In this document: positions 1 to 13,700 of the stretch, piece after piece
Position numbering within the stretch: position 1 is the first letter of the stretch
How the letters are laid out: every line of letters starts with the position of its first letter
Assembly (NCBI RefSeq): GCF_020745735.1
Contig: NC_083442.1
Coordinates: forward strand, 36,366,072 to 36,430,071
From: Hemiscyllium ocellatum
Lineage: Eukaryota
Direction of reading: 5' to 3'
Length of the DNA: 64,000 nt
Translations under genes and position numbers: made by a program
The notes under the pieces: model-generated
Seen by the model: only the letters and a program-made list of their open reading frames with translations
Databases searched by the model: none
Told to the model about the DNA's origin: nothing

Positions 1-235
1 GTAGAGTGGGTTTAATTTTAATGTGGCTTCATATGGGAAACTCTCTAGCTGCCTTAACATTTTGCTGATACTGTTTAGAAATTCTGCTGATTCTTTTGGT
101 TGCTCTTGAGATTATTGTTGCTGTAAAAAAAACATGCCTGAACCGTTTGAATATTGGGAGTGAGACCGTTTGCTGTGATGTCTTAATTTAGATATGGATG
201 TATTCAAGCTAAAACTGTTTTACTCTGTATTCCAG

Positions 236-406
236 TCTCCCCTGTTCCTGCTGTTCCTGGACTGTGTTTGGCAGCTACTGCAACAATTTCCAGCTGCATT
301 TGAGTTCACTGAAACCTATCTGACTGTCGTATATGATAGCTTGCGGATTCCCTTGTTTGGCACGTTCCTTTTCAACAGCCCATATCAGCAGATGCAGCAA
401 AGTCAG
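236..406 (+). CDS. MTMR10: MTMR10 internal exon (171 nt)
   Basis: tccag|TCT...AGTCAG|gtgggt; SPLFLLFLD...QQMQQSQ. Confidence 0.93.
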
Positions 407-3400
407 GTGGGTGCACAAGTTTTTCCTCTCCTCAAATTTCTGACTGTTAGGGTACAGATTGACCTCTACTCAAATTGCTGGCTGTTGGAGGGCCTTCTCA
501 AGTTGCTGATTATTAGGTTGCAGTTTCATCCTCAAGAGGTTAGAGAAGACGTTGTTGGGGCCCTGGCTGATATTTTTGCATCATTAGCCATTAGTGACGG
601 AAAACTGGAGGGTAGTGAATGTGCTCTTATTCAAGAAAGGCTGCAAAGGAAAATGTGGGAACTATAGACCAGTAGCCTAACATCTGTGGTAGGTTAGTTA
701 CTTGAAAAGATTCAAAGATATATATACGTTTGGAAAGACAGGTTTGATTAGGAGTAGTCATCATGGCTTTGTGAGTGGGATCATATCTCACAAATTTAAG
801 AATTTTTTGAAGTAATCAGGAAGGTTGATGAGGGGAGGGCAGTAGACCTAGTCTATGTGGATTTCAGTAAGGCCTTTGATATGATTCCACATGGTAGGCT
901 GCTCTGGAAGGTTAGAACGCATGGAATCCAGGGGAGCTGGCAAATTGGCTAGATGTAGGAAGCAGAGGGTAATAGTGGAAGAATCCTTATTGGACTGGAG
1001 GCCTGTGACTAGTGAACTGCCTCGGGTTGGTGCTGGGCCCATTGCTGTTCATTATCTATACCACTGATTTGGATGAAAATGTGTAAGGCATGAATAGTAA
1101 GTTTGCAAATGACAGTAATATAGGAGGTATCATGGACAGTGAGGAAGGTTATCAGAAATTGCAGCAGGGCCTTGATCAGCTGGGGAAATGTGTCGAGAAA
1201 TGGCAAATGGACTTTAATATAGGTAAGGGTGAGGTCTTGCATTTTGAAAAGTCAATGGCAGGAGTTTCATGGTGAATAGTAGGTGTAAGAAGTAGTATAA
1301 CAGGAAACCAACAGGGAGTATGGAGTCAAGTAGAAAGTTAAGCAGCAGGTTAGCATGTGTGCAGGATTTAAGACAGACTAGGAATGAAGCAAAAAGGAAG
1401 GATAAGTTAGGTAGAGGTGATGGAAATCATGAGGGTAAGCAAACTAGCATTAGGGTAAATGCTCGAAGCATTTGAAACAAAGCAGATGAATTAACAGCAC
1501 AAATCATCATAAATGATTATAATGTGGTAGGTATCACAGAGATGTGGTTTCAGGGGGTTCAGGACTGGCAGTTAAACATCCAAGGATTTGCAACTTATCA
1601 AAAAGACAGGGAGGTGGACAAAGGGGGTGGGGTTGCCCTATTAGTTAAGAATGAAATTAAATCTTTGGTATTAAATGATATAGGGTCAGATGATGTGGAG
1701 TCTATGTGGGTGGAGTTGAGGAACCACAAAGGCAAAAAACCATAGTGGGGATTATGTACAGACGTCTTAACAGTGGTCAGGGCCAGGGGTGCAAGATGTA
1801 CCAGAAAATAGATAGGGCATGTCAGAAAGATCAGGTCACGGTGATCGTGGGGGACTTCAATATGCAAATGGACTGGGTGAATAATATTGCCAGTGGATCC
1901 AAAGAAAGGGAATTCATGGAATGCTTACAGGGTGACTTTTTGGAACAGCTTATGATGGAGCCCAAAAGGGAGCAGGCTATTCCGGACTAAGTGCTATGTA
2001 ACAAGCCAGACTTTTATAAAAGATCTTAAAGTCAGGGGACACTTAGGAGGCAGCGATCATAATATGGTAGAGTTCAGTCTGCAGTTCGAAAGAGGGAAGG
2101 CAAAATTGGGCTTAATGTTGTTACAGTTAAATAAAGGTAATGAGAGAGGGACATGAGAGAGGAACCGACAAAAACTGACTGGAAGCAGAGCCTAGTGGAG
2201 AAGGCAGTAGAACAACAATGGCAGGAGTTTCTGGGTGTAATTGAAGGCACAATACAGAGGTACATCCCAAAGAAAAGAAAGATTACCCGTCGGCACAACA
2301 TCATGGGCTGAAGGGCCTGTTCTGTGCTGTACTGTTCTATGTTCTAACTTAATAAATACTTAGTGTCAGTCTTCACAGTGGAAGATGTGAGTAATGTCCC
2401 AACAATTAAGGAGAGTCAAGGGGCAGAGTTGAGTATGGTGGCCATTACAAAAGAAAGTGCTAGAAAAGCTAAAAGGTCTAAAAACAGATAAATCTCCTGG
2501 CCCAGATGGGCTACATCCTAGAGTTAAGGGAGGTGGCTGAAGAAATAACGAAGGCGTTGGTTGTAATCTTTCAAAAACCACTGGTGTCAGGGAAAGTCCC
2601 AGATGAGTGGAAAATCGCTGTTGTAAGCCCCTTGTTCAAGAAAGGATCAAGACAAAAGATGGAAAGTTATAAGCCGATTAGCCTAATCTCAGTTGCTGGT
2701 AAAATTCTAGAATCCATTGTTAAGGATGAGATTTCTAAATTCTTGGAAGTGCAGAGTTGAATTAGGACAATAAGGATTTAATAAGGGGAGGTCATACCTG
2801 GCAGACCTGTTAGAATTCTTTGAAGAGGTAACAAATAGGTTAGACCAGAGAAACCCAGTGAATGTTATCTATCTAGACTTCCAAAAGGCCTTTGATAAGA
2901 TGCCTCATGGGAGCCCTGCTGAGCAAGGTGAGGGCCCATGGTGTTCCAGGTGAGCTATTGGCATGGATTGAGGATTGGCTGTCTGACAGAAGGCAGAGAG
3001 TTGGGATAAAAGGTTCTTTTTTGGAATGGCAGCTAGTGACAAGTGGTGTCCTGCAGCATTCAGTGTTGAGGATGCAGCTGTTCGCTTTATATATGGATGA
3101 AGAGACTGGCGGCATTCTGGCGAAGTTCGCCGATGATACACAGTTAGATGGACAGGCAGGTAGTTCTGAGGAGGTGGGGAGGCTGCAGAAAGATTTAGAC
3201 AGTTTAGGAGAAAGGTCCAAGAAATGGCTGATGAAATTCAATGTGAGCAAATGCGAGGTCTTGCACTTCAGAAAAAAGAACACAGGAAAAGACTATTTTA
3301 TAAACTGAAGAAAATTCATAAAGCCAAAGTACAAAGGGATCTGGGAGTGCTAGTACTGGATTCTCTAAAGGTTGACTTACAGGTTGAGTCTGTGGTTAAG

Positions 3401-6400
3401 AAAGCAAATGTAATGTTTCAAGAGGGTTGGAATGTGAAAGCAGTGAGGTGGTACTATGACTTCATAAAACTCTGGTTAGGCCGCTTTTAGAATACTATGT
3501 CCAGTTTTGGGCCCCACACCTCAGGAAGGACACACTGGCACTGGTGCGTGTCCAGCGGAGATTCACACGGATGATCCCTGGAATGATAGGCCTAACATAC
3601 GATGGGTGGCTGAGGATCCTGGGATTGTATTCATTGGAGTTCAGAAGGTTGAGGGGAGATCTAATAGAAACTTACAAGATAACACAAGGCTTAGAAAAGG
3701 TGGATGCTGGGAAATTGTTTCTGTCAGGTGGCGATACTAGGACTCGTGGGCACAGCCTTAGAATTAGAGGGGGTCAATTTAGAATGGAAGTGAGGATACA
3801 TTTCTTCAGCCAGAAAGTGGTGGGCCTGTGGAATTCACCACAGTACAGTGGAGGCCGGGATGTTAAATGTCTTCAAGACAGAGATTAATAAATTCTTAAT
3901 CTTGCAAGGAATTAAGAGATACAGGGAGAGTGTGGGTAAGTGGCATTGAAATGTCCATCAGCCATGATTGAATGGCAAGAGTGGACTCGAAGGGCCGAAT
4001 GGCCTTACTTCCACTCCTATGTCTTATGGTCTTAACAGAGGGACCTTGGAGTTCAAGTGCATGGTAGTCTGAAAATGGAGTCACGGGTAGACAGGGCAGT
4101 GAAGAAGGCTTTTGGCACACTGCCCTTCATTTAGGGCATTAAGTGTAGAAGTTGGGAAGTTATGTTGCAGAGTTGTACAGGATGTTGGTGAGGCTGCACT
4201 TTGCTGTAGGAAGGATGTTATTAAAATGGAAAGAGTGCAGAAGAAATTTGTAAGGATGTTGCCAGGACTCGGGAGCCTGAGTTATAGGGAGAAGTTGGAC
4301 AAGCTAGGACATTTGTATTTTGAGCGTAGGAGGCCGAGGGAGACTCTTATAGAAATGTGTAAGATCTTGAGAGGCATGGATAAGCTGAATGCACTCAGTC
4401 TTGTTTCCAGTGTTGGAGAATCAAGGACTAGTGGGCATCAATTTAAAGTTAGAGGGAAAAGAATAAAAGGGAACCTGAGGGGCAACTCTTTTTGCACGTA
4501 TGTGTAATAAGCTGCCAGCAGAAGTGGTTAAGGCAGGTACAGTAACAACAGTTAAAAAGCATTTGGACAAATACATGGATAAGAAAGGTTTAAAAGGATA
4601 TGTGCCAAGTGCAGGGAAATGGGATTAACATGGATGGACATTTTAGTCAGGATGGACCAGTTTGGGCCAAAGGGCCTATCTCTGTGCTATAGGACTCTAT
4701 GACTCGAAGTTACTGACTTTTGGAGAGCTATTTGCTCTCTCCTCAAGATGCTGACTGTTGGGAGTAGTTTGTGCTCTTCTCAAGGTTCTGACTTGGAGAA
4801 GAGTTCCCCTATCAAATTGCTGATTGTTGAGATAGAGCTTGCCCTCTCCTCTGCTGACTGGTGGCATACAGTTTGCATTCTCGTCAGATTGGTGACTGTT
4901 GAGGTACAGTTCTCTTCTCCTTGAGTTCCTGATTAATGGAATACAGTTTGCCCTGTTCTCCAAATCACTGACTGTCGTGGAACAATTCTCTTCTCAAGTT
5001 TATATAATCTCTAAACAATATACACCAAATGACCATGTCTGTAATGTTATACTGGTGATTTAATTTTAATTTAATTTCCTTCTCTGACTAACTGCAGGAT
5101 TTTGCCACTAACGGGAACCTGCACTGTGAAGGGAAAAGTATTGAACTACCCCCTGTCTGGGACTGGTTTCTTCAGTTCACAGCTAAAGATCTAACGCTGT
5201 TCAATAATCCTCTATACATTGGCAAAAGTGTGACCTGTGTGCAGAATGGGACAGTCAAATCTTTCAAAAGAGCAAAGGTGAGTGAGCCTGAGATTAGCTA
5301 TTGTAGCTTGACTATTTGTTTTTAAATGTTATCTTGAGACTCGGGTACAATTAGCTCTTTGCTCCATTCTGCCCTCTGTCTGATAACCAGAGAAGGAGGG
5401 GTGTCTTCAATGTTGGTAACATGAGATGGTCCAACCCAGCTATTAGTATAAACGTTATCAGGTTAGCGTGAGAATCCCAAGAACTCCAGTTCCTTCCTCA
5501 GTAATGCTTATAGTTGATCTGTGCTAAGAGTAAAATCATACTGTAGGACAAGGCCAGAGCTGGAATACATGCAAGCTGCAGTCAAAGTGGGTCCTTGCTT
5601 GGGTATTAATGCTTGTAAATTGTATGAAGAAGAAAAAACCATAATATGCCTTGATTTTAAGGCTGTGAGGAAAGGAACTATGTAGTAGGATCTCGAGAGA
5701 TGAAAGTTGCAGTAACATAGGAAGAGATTAGAGAGGGGCTGACTATGAGGACTTTGCATGTTATCCAACACTGTGCTGTGAATAATGAAAACAGCAGAAG
5801 CAGTTTGTTCATTTTATTACTTCTTTCTTGCCAGAAGAATTCCTCCTCCTCCTCCATCTATTCAGTATACACGATGAAGAATGGAAAGCTTAGTGACCAG
5901 CATGACTTCTTCCCGCGCCGGAACTCATTACAACGACCGAGCCCTGATTTAGTGCAGCTTAATGAGAGCCACGATCGCAATATGGAGCGTTACTTCAGGG
6001 ACTGGTACTCAAAGCCCTTGGACTTGCATGGAATCATTCTGCCGCATCTCAGCAGTGCACATACCCAGCTCTGGAAGCAGTGTTATTTACGCTGGATCCC
6101 TGAGGCACAGATCACCAATGGAGGATTCATCTCTGCCTTTCATAAGATCTCGATATTGGCAGATGACATTGAAACTCTGCAGCAGCGTGTTCGCCAGTAT
6201 TGGTGCGACCCCTGCCTAACCAGCTTTCCCGACTCCTACAGTCATAGAATGTATTTCCAGGCCAAAGATTTCAGTGAAGTACCTGGGACACTTGACTGTT
6301 TTTCTTCTTCTTTTCCCTTCTCCCCTGTTGGGAACCTCTGTCGACGAAGTATTCTGGGAACTCCCCTAAGCAAATTCCTACTCACTGGTGCCAAAACATG

Positions 6401-6434
6401 GCCTTCTACAGAAACGCTGGCCAATGATGAGTGA
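236..6434 (+). CDS. MTMR10: Myotubularin-related protein 10, 3' part: join(236..406,5098..5277,5835..6434); upstream exons lie outside the window
   Basis: All junctions are GT/AG and phase 0. Peptides SPLFLLFLDCVWQLLQQFPAAFEF, VWDWFLQFTAKDLTLFNNPLYIGK and FPFSPVGNLCRRSILGTPLSKFL...STETLANDE* match the vertebrate MTMR10 C-terminus as I recall it. Convergent with FAN1, as in mammals. Confidence 0.95.
536..4706 (+). mobile_element. Outer CR1 LINE (degenerate ORF2), split into 536-1303 and 4033-4706 by a second CR1
   Basis: RT motifs YVDFSKAFD and SKFANDS. The sequence resumes after the TAACAG duplication and ends in a CTATGACT tail. Confidence 0.85.
1304..4032 (+). mobile_element. Inner CR1 LINE (EN + RT, decayed)
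   Basis: VGITEMW, VGDFN, KFADDT, TRGHSLRI; TCTTATGG tail; 6-bp TSD TAACAG (1298-1303 / 4033-4038). Confidence 0.9.
4712..5000. repeat. Degenerate ~32-bp minisatellite, also present at ~410-535
   Basis: Recurrent CTGACTGTTG...CAGTTTG...TTCTCAAG. Confidence 0.7.
5098..5277 (+). CDS. MTMR10: MTMR10 penultimate exon (180 nt), not in the ORF track
   Basis: ctgcag|GAT...GCAAAG|gtgagt; DFATNGNLHCEGKSIELPPVWDWFLQFTAKD...KSFKRAK. Confidence 0.93.
5835..6434 (+). CDS. MTMR10: MTMR10 last coding exon
   Basis: ttgccag|AAG AAT... to TGA; in frame with ORF 5745..6434. Confidence 0.94.
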   Translation, partial: KNSSSSSIYSVYTMKNGKLSDQHDFFPRRNSLQRPSPDLVQLNESHDRNMERYFRDWYSKPLDLHGIILPHLSSAHTQLWKQCYLRWIPEAQITNGGFISAFHKISILADDIETLQQRVRQYWCDPCLTSFPDSYSHRMYFQAKDFSEVPGTLDCFSSSFPFSPVGNLCRRSILGTPLSKFLLTGAKTWPSTETLANDE

Positions 6435-9400
6435 AGGTCCCTGGATTGGGAACATTGAGGCATCAGCATCCCATCAAAGGCTAAAAGCTAAACCGAATCA
6501 AACTGAACGCTGCTGTCTGACACTGAGTATTGAATATGCAAAATAGTAGAAATTTGCACGGATATTTTTAAGAGGGTAAGCACTCGACGTAAACACATTA
6601 CAGTTCCAAGAGGCTTTTTAAAACATACTTTATATTGAAGAAACCTTTGGTGTTTTCTCAAAGCAATTGCAACCATAAGCTGCCACTCATTGCCTACTTT
6701 GTGTTCAAAGTGGATTAGACACTGGTGTTTTTTCTCTGGGACCAGTCTGATGAGCTGAAACTCTGCCGACTGTATGACCCTGACGTATTGACAATGTGAC
6801 AGCAGAAACATTGCACTAATTGTAATCTCACTGGGTGCCTTAAGTGTTCCTCAGCACTTTCACCTTAATGGCCAAGTGTGCCTAAAGAGTTTATAAAAAT
6901 TCCAATAATTTTTTAAAAAGGTTTTCCAGAATAAATTATTTTTTGTACATTTAAAAAATAGATAATTTCTGACCAGCTTTGAATCCAGCTGACAACATGG
7001 TGAACGTTGAGATCTTGGGGTTGACCATGACCATATGATGGAGAAATATATTGTCCAAGGAATATAAAGTTTTTTTTTTCTGTGATGTGCTCAGTGGAGA
7101 GGATCCTTCACACTAGAATTATTGAATTTGCTCTGTGACACTGAGCATCTCCCTGCTGCCCAGTTACTACTTCAAGAAACATCACATAGGCCTTTCAAAT
7201 TAGTATAACTAAGACTTCGTCCAGGGAATGTAGATCATTTAGCATTGAACCTAGTCAATTTGGAATATTTTAATTCCTTCCATCCTGTGTATTCTGGTGA
7301 CTTGTGTTCAGTGTTGTAACGCTGCTGCTATCAGATTCTCTGCCAAATGAATCAGAAATCTACCTTTGCTTGGATTTCATTCTCTGCTTCTGAAGGGGCT
7401 GTCTCTTGCTAGGATGCAGTTCCTGCAGGTGCTGATTCTCACTGTCATGTCTGAACAAACTGCAGGACATATGTAGATCTTGGCTCGAAGATCATTTCTT
7501 TCAGACATTTCTTGGTAATTCGATTTTTGGCAGCATATTCCAATTGTCAGCTGCCATGCATATAAAGCAGTTGCTGGATGGGAGCAGTAGGAAGTGCTAA
7601 TGCCTACAACAATACAACTGAGGACTTAGAACTGCCTGATGGTGGGAACTGTAACCTGTCAGTAATATACTCTATTGTCTTTCGGTAAAATTCCTCTCCT
7701 CCAAGTGCCGGATGTTGTAATCTGAACTGTGATTAATTTATGTCTAATTTTGTTGTAATCACATAAAGCAGCTATATTTTCTAATGTCATATTGGGCCAG
7801 TGTGTGTGGGGATCCTGACATAAGCCTACTGCCATTGCAACTGACCATAGCTGACACAAACTGTTCATTTATCAATTTGGAGTAGGCTGAAATTCTGAAC
7901 TCACAGGAAGTTGGTGACTAGTTCTTTTAAAAACATGTGCTTATGAAAGTGAGATCACTATAACTTTGTAACATTTTTGCAGAACTACCAACAGTTTGAT
8001 CTGCAATGACTTCAGTTTTGTTTTTAATTTCCACTGAAGATTCAAGATGGCTGGCCAATTTTTATGCAAAAGGCTGAAGGAAATTTGAGTCTAATGGCAC
8101 CTGCATTTGCAGTTACCCTCAGTAAAGCTAACTTGAAACTTTCCAATTGTCATTATTCATATAAAGATGTGTCATCTACACATTGCTGAATGGGAAAGCT
8201 GTAGAATCTGAGCTGATAAGACTGAGAGGAAGGATCTGAAAGCTCATCTTTTCTTAATGAGCTGTCACTTCTGCATGTCTCCAGTTTGGAATGAACCCTG
8301 GGTTTTGCAGATTCCCATTGACTACCCTATAGCTTAAATTGCACAAGTTCTTTTGGAGGGGGAGGCAGAGGAGGTGGCACCAGCCATCTTGGGTAGCAGT
8401 TCTTTGTTTGAGTTTTGTAATCTAGAGATAGAGAATTATTAAGAGAACTTTAAAGAGAGATGAAAATGTAAGATTTATCTGGCAAGTCTGTCGCTTTATG
8501 AAAGTTCAGTGCAAGTTAATGCATTGGGTGACTTTTGTCTGAAGGGGCTGTCCACACGTTAACTGTCTATCTGCTTGGTGACTTGCTATGTATTTCCAGT
8601 TTGCACTTTTTCTCTACTGCTGAGTCTGTTTTACACCTACCAGCTTTTAAATTTTTGAGCAAGCAGGTGCATTATTGGAAAAATATTTTTATCACAGTCT
8701 GATGGCTCTTGTAATTATTCATTATGATTTCTGAACTCTTAACAGTGGCTCAGTAACTCGTGACATCACGTTCTTAGACTTCTCAAGAATTTCATTCCCA
8801 GAAGTAAGTAAAGAACCTAATGCTGGAAAACTTCAGCACCTATAAGAAATTGGCAGGTACAAAGATGTTCCCCATCTTTCCTGATATACAGTAGATAAGT
8901 GAGAAAGGCACTTGCTGGGCATTAATGGATGTACAGGTTTGATGACAAACCTGAATGGATGAGCTTGTTTAAGTTTGCCTTCATATTTTAGAAAAATAAT
9001 TTTATTTTTTAATCACAATGATTTATCTTTTTAGTCTGTTTGGGGTTTAAACCTAGTGCTGAGTTGTGTTTTCTGGTTAGTCTTTTTCCTGGTTGATATG
9101 ATCTAGCTATGCACATTTCCCAGGCTTGCTTTAAATTGCAGGGATGTGATATATGATTGTATCCTTGTTTCCAATACAGTCCTTTGTTAATAACATGTCC
9201 AGTTTGAGCATTCTGTCACAGGCAAGTGATGCAAAATGGCCAGAAACTTCCAAATAGGGAATGTTAACAGTTAAGCTTCTGCAACAGTTTAATTTGTTAT
9301 TTACAAAACTCTTATTTTGAATTAGTGTTTTAAACTCCAGGATCCTGAGCCTTTTAAACAAGGGAATTATTCACGAATGCTTTGTTTTAGGTCAAACCCT

Positions 9401-9727
9401 TAATGCTAAAAATGATGGAACCAGAAACTGCACAGATCCTTAGGAAGTAGAATGACTGATTCAAATCATTTTTAGTAATAGTGTTCAATAGAGGATGTTT
9501 TTTCTTTTTTGCATTTTCCAACCCATTCTTGATGGGATGTATTGCTTTTCTTTGCTTGGTTATTCCTGTGTTCTATTTATTCAGCACCTGTTTTTTAAAA
9601 ATTTGATTCCAGGTTTAGCAGGTGTTGCTGTCAGCAGGTGCTGGAAGGGGAGGGCTGGGTTTCAGCTGCTGTGCACTGTGTGCATGATGTATTTCTAAAC
9701 CTGTATTTGTTCATCCTGTGTGCCTCT

Positions 9728-9733
9728 AATAAA
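9728..9733 (+). terminator. Candidate distal poly(A) signal of MTMR10 (others at 6930 and 10246)
   Basis: AATAAA preceded by TGTA and followed by GT-rich sequence, near the end of a largely TE-free 3.3-kb tract. Confidence 0.5.
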
Positions 9734-10654
9734 TACTTTGGTGTAAATGTTCCTTAACTTGCTGGGCTACAGTCTGTTATTTTATAGAGACCAATTTGCA
9801 TCTTTTAACAAGAGAACATTTGAAAGGAAGAATACAAAATGCTCCACCATTCAGTATGATCTTGGCTGATGAAACACTCATTCTTTGAAATTCAGGCAAA
9901 CAGTGCCTGTATTCTCATCATTATGGCAATAATACATTTTCTGAGAAGACTGCCAACTGTATTCCTAGTTGTGGTGTACCTGAGCTTTTATACAATTAAG
10001 CAAGACTCTCCACTTTTGTAATATTCTATTAGCCATCTTCATAGCTTACTGCACTAAATTATCCTGAAGCTCGTTACATATTCCAACATAGCTTTAACAA
10101 ACTTGGAAATAATAAATTAGTGTTGCTCCTTTTCTGTTTTTGTCAGTGTTGAGTTTACTCAATATGAAAACTTTACATAGTACTGAAACTTTCCTCAGTC
10201 AACACACAGGCCATGTACCACAGAAGCTAGTCAATACTGGAACATAATAAATATTTAATGTATTTTGAAAATACATTTCCAGAGCTGCTTGTACAACTAT
10301 TAAAACTTGTATACAAGTTAACAATGCAAATGATGGAAACTAGAAATAAAAACAAGCTTCTGTAAATAGAGAAACAATCTACTTCCTGATGTCTTGCTTT
10401 GTAATATCAATATTAAAAAGTGCATGTTCTTTCTATGAGCAGTTTGGCAACAGGAGTACAAATTGGTGAAGAGTTGGGCTATTTTAAGAGTATCATAGAC
10501 AGCAGCAACATTAGTGAGTGACTGAAACTAGCTGTCTTCCAGTGTCACATCCATATAGCTATTTCCAGCTGGGTGTATCACTGCAGGGAGCGATGTAGCA
10601 GGGTTGTCCTCCTGGTCTGTAGCTTGAGTGAGACCTTGGGTTATGAAATTGGCA

Positions 10655-10792
10655 TTAACTGAGCTGGTGGCTCCGTGCACCGACTGCATTGACATGGCAA
10701 ACTTCAACGTCAGCCTCAAGTCGTTGCAGCTGGTCCAGCCACACCATCTGTTTGTGAGAGAGTTGGTCACTTGGACCTTTCACTTCTGCAAG
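10655..10792 (-). CDS. FAN1: FAN1 exon 13 (catalytic ExK, stop)
   Basis: [45 protein letters not shown]. Confidence 0.95.
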   Translation of the reverse strand, partial: LAEVKGPSDQLSHKQMVWLDQLQRLEADVEVCHVNAVGARSHQLS

Positions 10793-13700
10793 CTGGAAAC
10801 CAGAGAAAATTGACAGCTTTTAAAGCAAGGCAGTCACTTCAGAGAAGAGAAACAGTGTATATTCAGGTTTTGTAGTGTGTAAAGATGCAGGATGCATTCG
10901 CATAGATAGTGTCTCACTTCTACTCACCTTGTACTGGCAGCTGTGGCTGTTCCATACAACAAGATCAGGGAGACCCGCTCGGCCATTCCTCAAATCTTTG
11001 GCCAGAATCCTACAAATACCACTTAGGAATGGACCACCCAGACAGCTTACCAGGCTCTGAAAAACCCATACATGTCAAAGGAGACAGTCAATAGTTGTCC
11101 TTTCACTGAAATTGCAACTGAATACAGAGGAACCTCGATTATCCAAATATCAATTATCCGAAGAGGACCTTCGGGACGGGGGCTTGCGCAAGATATGCTG
11201 CTGCCTAGTCTCCAGAACCGGGAGCAGACTTATCAGAAAGCTCCGAGCCCCAAAGGAAAACTATTAACTGAATAATCAATTATCAGAACGAAATAGTGCC
11301 TGCCCACCTCTTTCAGATAATCCCGGTTCCTCTGTAATAGGTAAAGAAACTGTAATCCTACCATAGTAAATACAGATGCTGTATACCTGAGTCTGCTGAA
11401 GCGAGCTGAAGATTTCCCAGTTAACTAATGTGGCATTTATGTCTCTGTGACCATTCCATACATCAGCGATGAGCGTGCAGAGGGTCTCTTTGGATGCATT
11501 TTGCAGAAAGTTTACCCGTGACTCAATGCATTCCCTCCGTTGCTGATAAAAACAATCAGTGTAGAGATCCAGAGGACATGACTAAACACAAAGACATGTT
11601 ATTATTTCTGTACACAGCAATTTCCAGGTGGGAAACTCATTATTCAATTTGCTTTTTGCAACATTTGACCAGTAGAATGGTAATGACAATCATGAAAGAA
11701 ATCAATGTAATGGAGGGAAAGTTTGATGAAGGTGTCAAGGTTATGATAGGATTGAATGAGCCAGACACACAGGTTCCTAATGGCTGACGATACAAGATCC
11801 AGGTGACACTGAATTAAGTTTTGGGCATGAGGTACACAGTGGACGTGAGGAAGAACATCATTATACAGTGACACTTTACAGATACCTGATAGGGATTTCG
11901 GAAAACATCCGGGATTCCAGACTGAAAGATAATGTCCCAGAAGAGAAGTCCAAAGAGTGTTAAGAATGTGGTTCCTTCACCATGTATTCCTGTAAGAGAA
12001 AGAAAATGATAGATCATCACACAGCCTTTACTGTCAGAAACTCGAGCAGATTAAGTGCAGTGATTACCCTGATCAAAACCTTGCTGCCGATAGTAGGCCA
12101 GAGAAACCTCCTCCACTGAACAGATAATGGTATCGCAAGGCTCCCCTTGGCCCAAACTTGGTCCTTCACTGGTGTTCTCCATTAGGAATAAAGCATTGCC
12201 CATCCCTGGGCATGACCTGCCCTTTATCGTCACCTAGAAAGAAAATTACAATCAGGTGGGATCCACTTCCAATCCTTGACTTGCCTGAAATCATTTACAG
12301 GATAATGCAAGAGTCCCCTGAATGAAGAAAACACTGGAATTGTGAGGGATGCACAGGAAGACCAATTACAATTAAGCCTCATCTCAAAGGATACAATCAG
12401 CCATGGGAGAAGGCAGGAGAATAGGGTTGAGAAATATATCAGGTATGATTGAATGGTGGAGCAGACCGCTGGGCCAATGGTCTAATTCTGCTCCAATGTC
12501 TTATAGTCTACGACCATATAGTTCCTTTGGAAGTTCTGATGAGGAAGATTCTTGTAAACAATTATGTGGGGCAGGTGGCCAAGTAACTGGCATTTGTGGT
12601 CAGGTATCCAGCTAGTGTCAGTGATTTCAGGAGTGGAGCTCAGCAAACTGGGACCAATCCTCTATCAGGTTAGGCGGAGGAAGGAGATCTGGTTTCCTTG
12701 TGAAATGAAGCAGCAGCTGTTATTGCATCTTACAATGGAGGGTCAGATTTTGTATCGGTTTTGCACCAATACCTAGTCAGGCCTTTGCTCACAACTTCAT
12801 GGAAATAACATAAATCAATAAAATGATTTCAACAAACTATTTATGTCAGACGAAGACAAAGAAAGTGGGTCAATAACTTGGGGCTGTGACATCCTTAGAG
12901 ACACTCACATGTGGCACATCCTGTACTCTCACTATTGGCAGATTCTGAAGAAGGTGACACCATTTCTTGCAGCTTGGGGAGTCACGAATCCGTACTGCTC
13001 GTTGATATAAAGCCAGCCGATGGCTCATGTGAACACAGTCATCATCCAACCCTTTCCGCAAACAGTGGATTGCCTGGAAGTCAAAATCATATGAAGAAAC
13101 CACTGTAACAGAATAATCTGAGGAGATCATTAGTCAGCTGAGTACAAATCAACTTTCACTGCCTATTTAAAACTTTGACATTTCTCAACCAGGTTACCGA
13201 CCCTAGTTAGTTATCAAAACTTGTTTATTATGTAATAAAGCACACCAGAATTGGAGCATTGGGTTCAATTCCCGCCACTGTGTGAAAAATGGATGGATAT
13301 CTTGTCATAGATCAATTAGAACTAGGGTCTGTCCTGTCATAGCAACATGCTCATGTATACAAGTAGTTGGCAAAGATATCAAACATCATAACTTTAAAGC
13401 AATCTCAATTACTTGATCAGTCTGCTTCAGATGCTGATGGAGATTCAGACTCAGTCGATTCCACCAGTGGCCACGGCTGTTTGGACAATAGATGCTTTGT
13501 TCCAAAAGACTTTGCAGTTCCTCCACTGCTTCCTGAGAACAGGATTCAAAAACATAATGGTATCAGCAGCTTCAATCACTACATTATATTAATTAAGTTA
13601 AACTAAACCAACCAATGCCACTGTTTCCAATTCTGAATGCCCATACAAGATCCCTAGGCCTTGCAGTTAGGGGATCTTGTGTGGGCATTCAGAATTGGAA

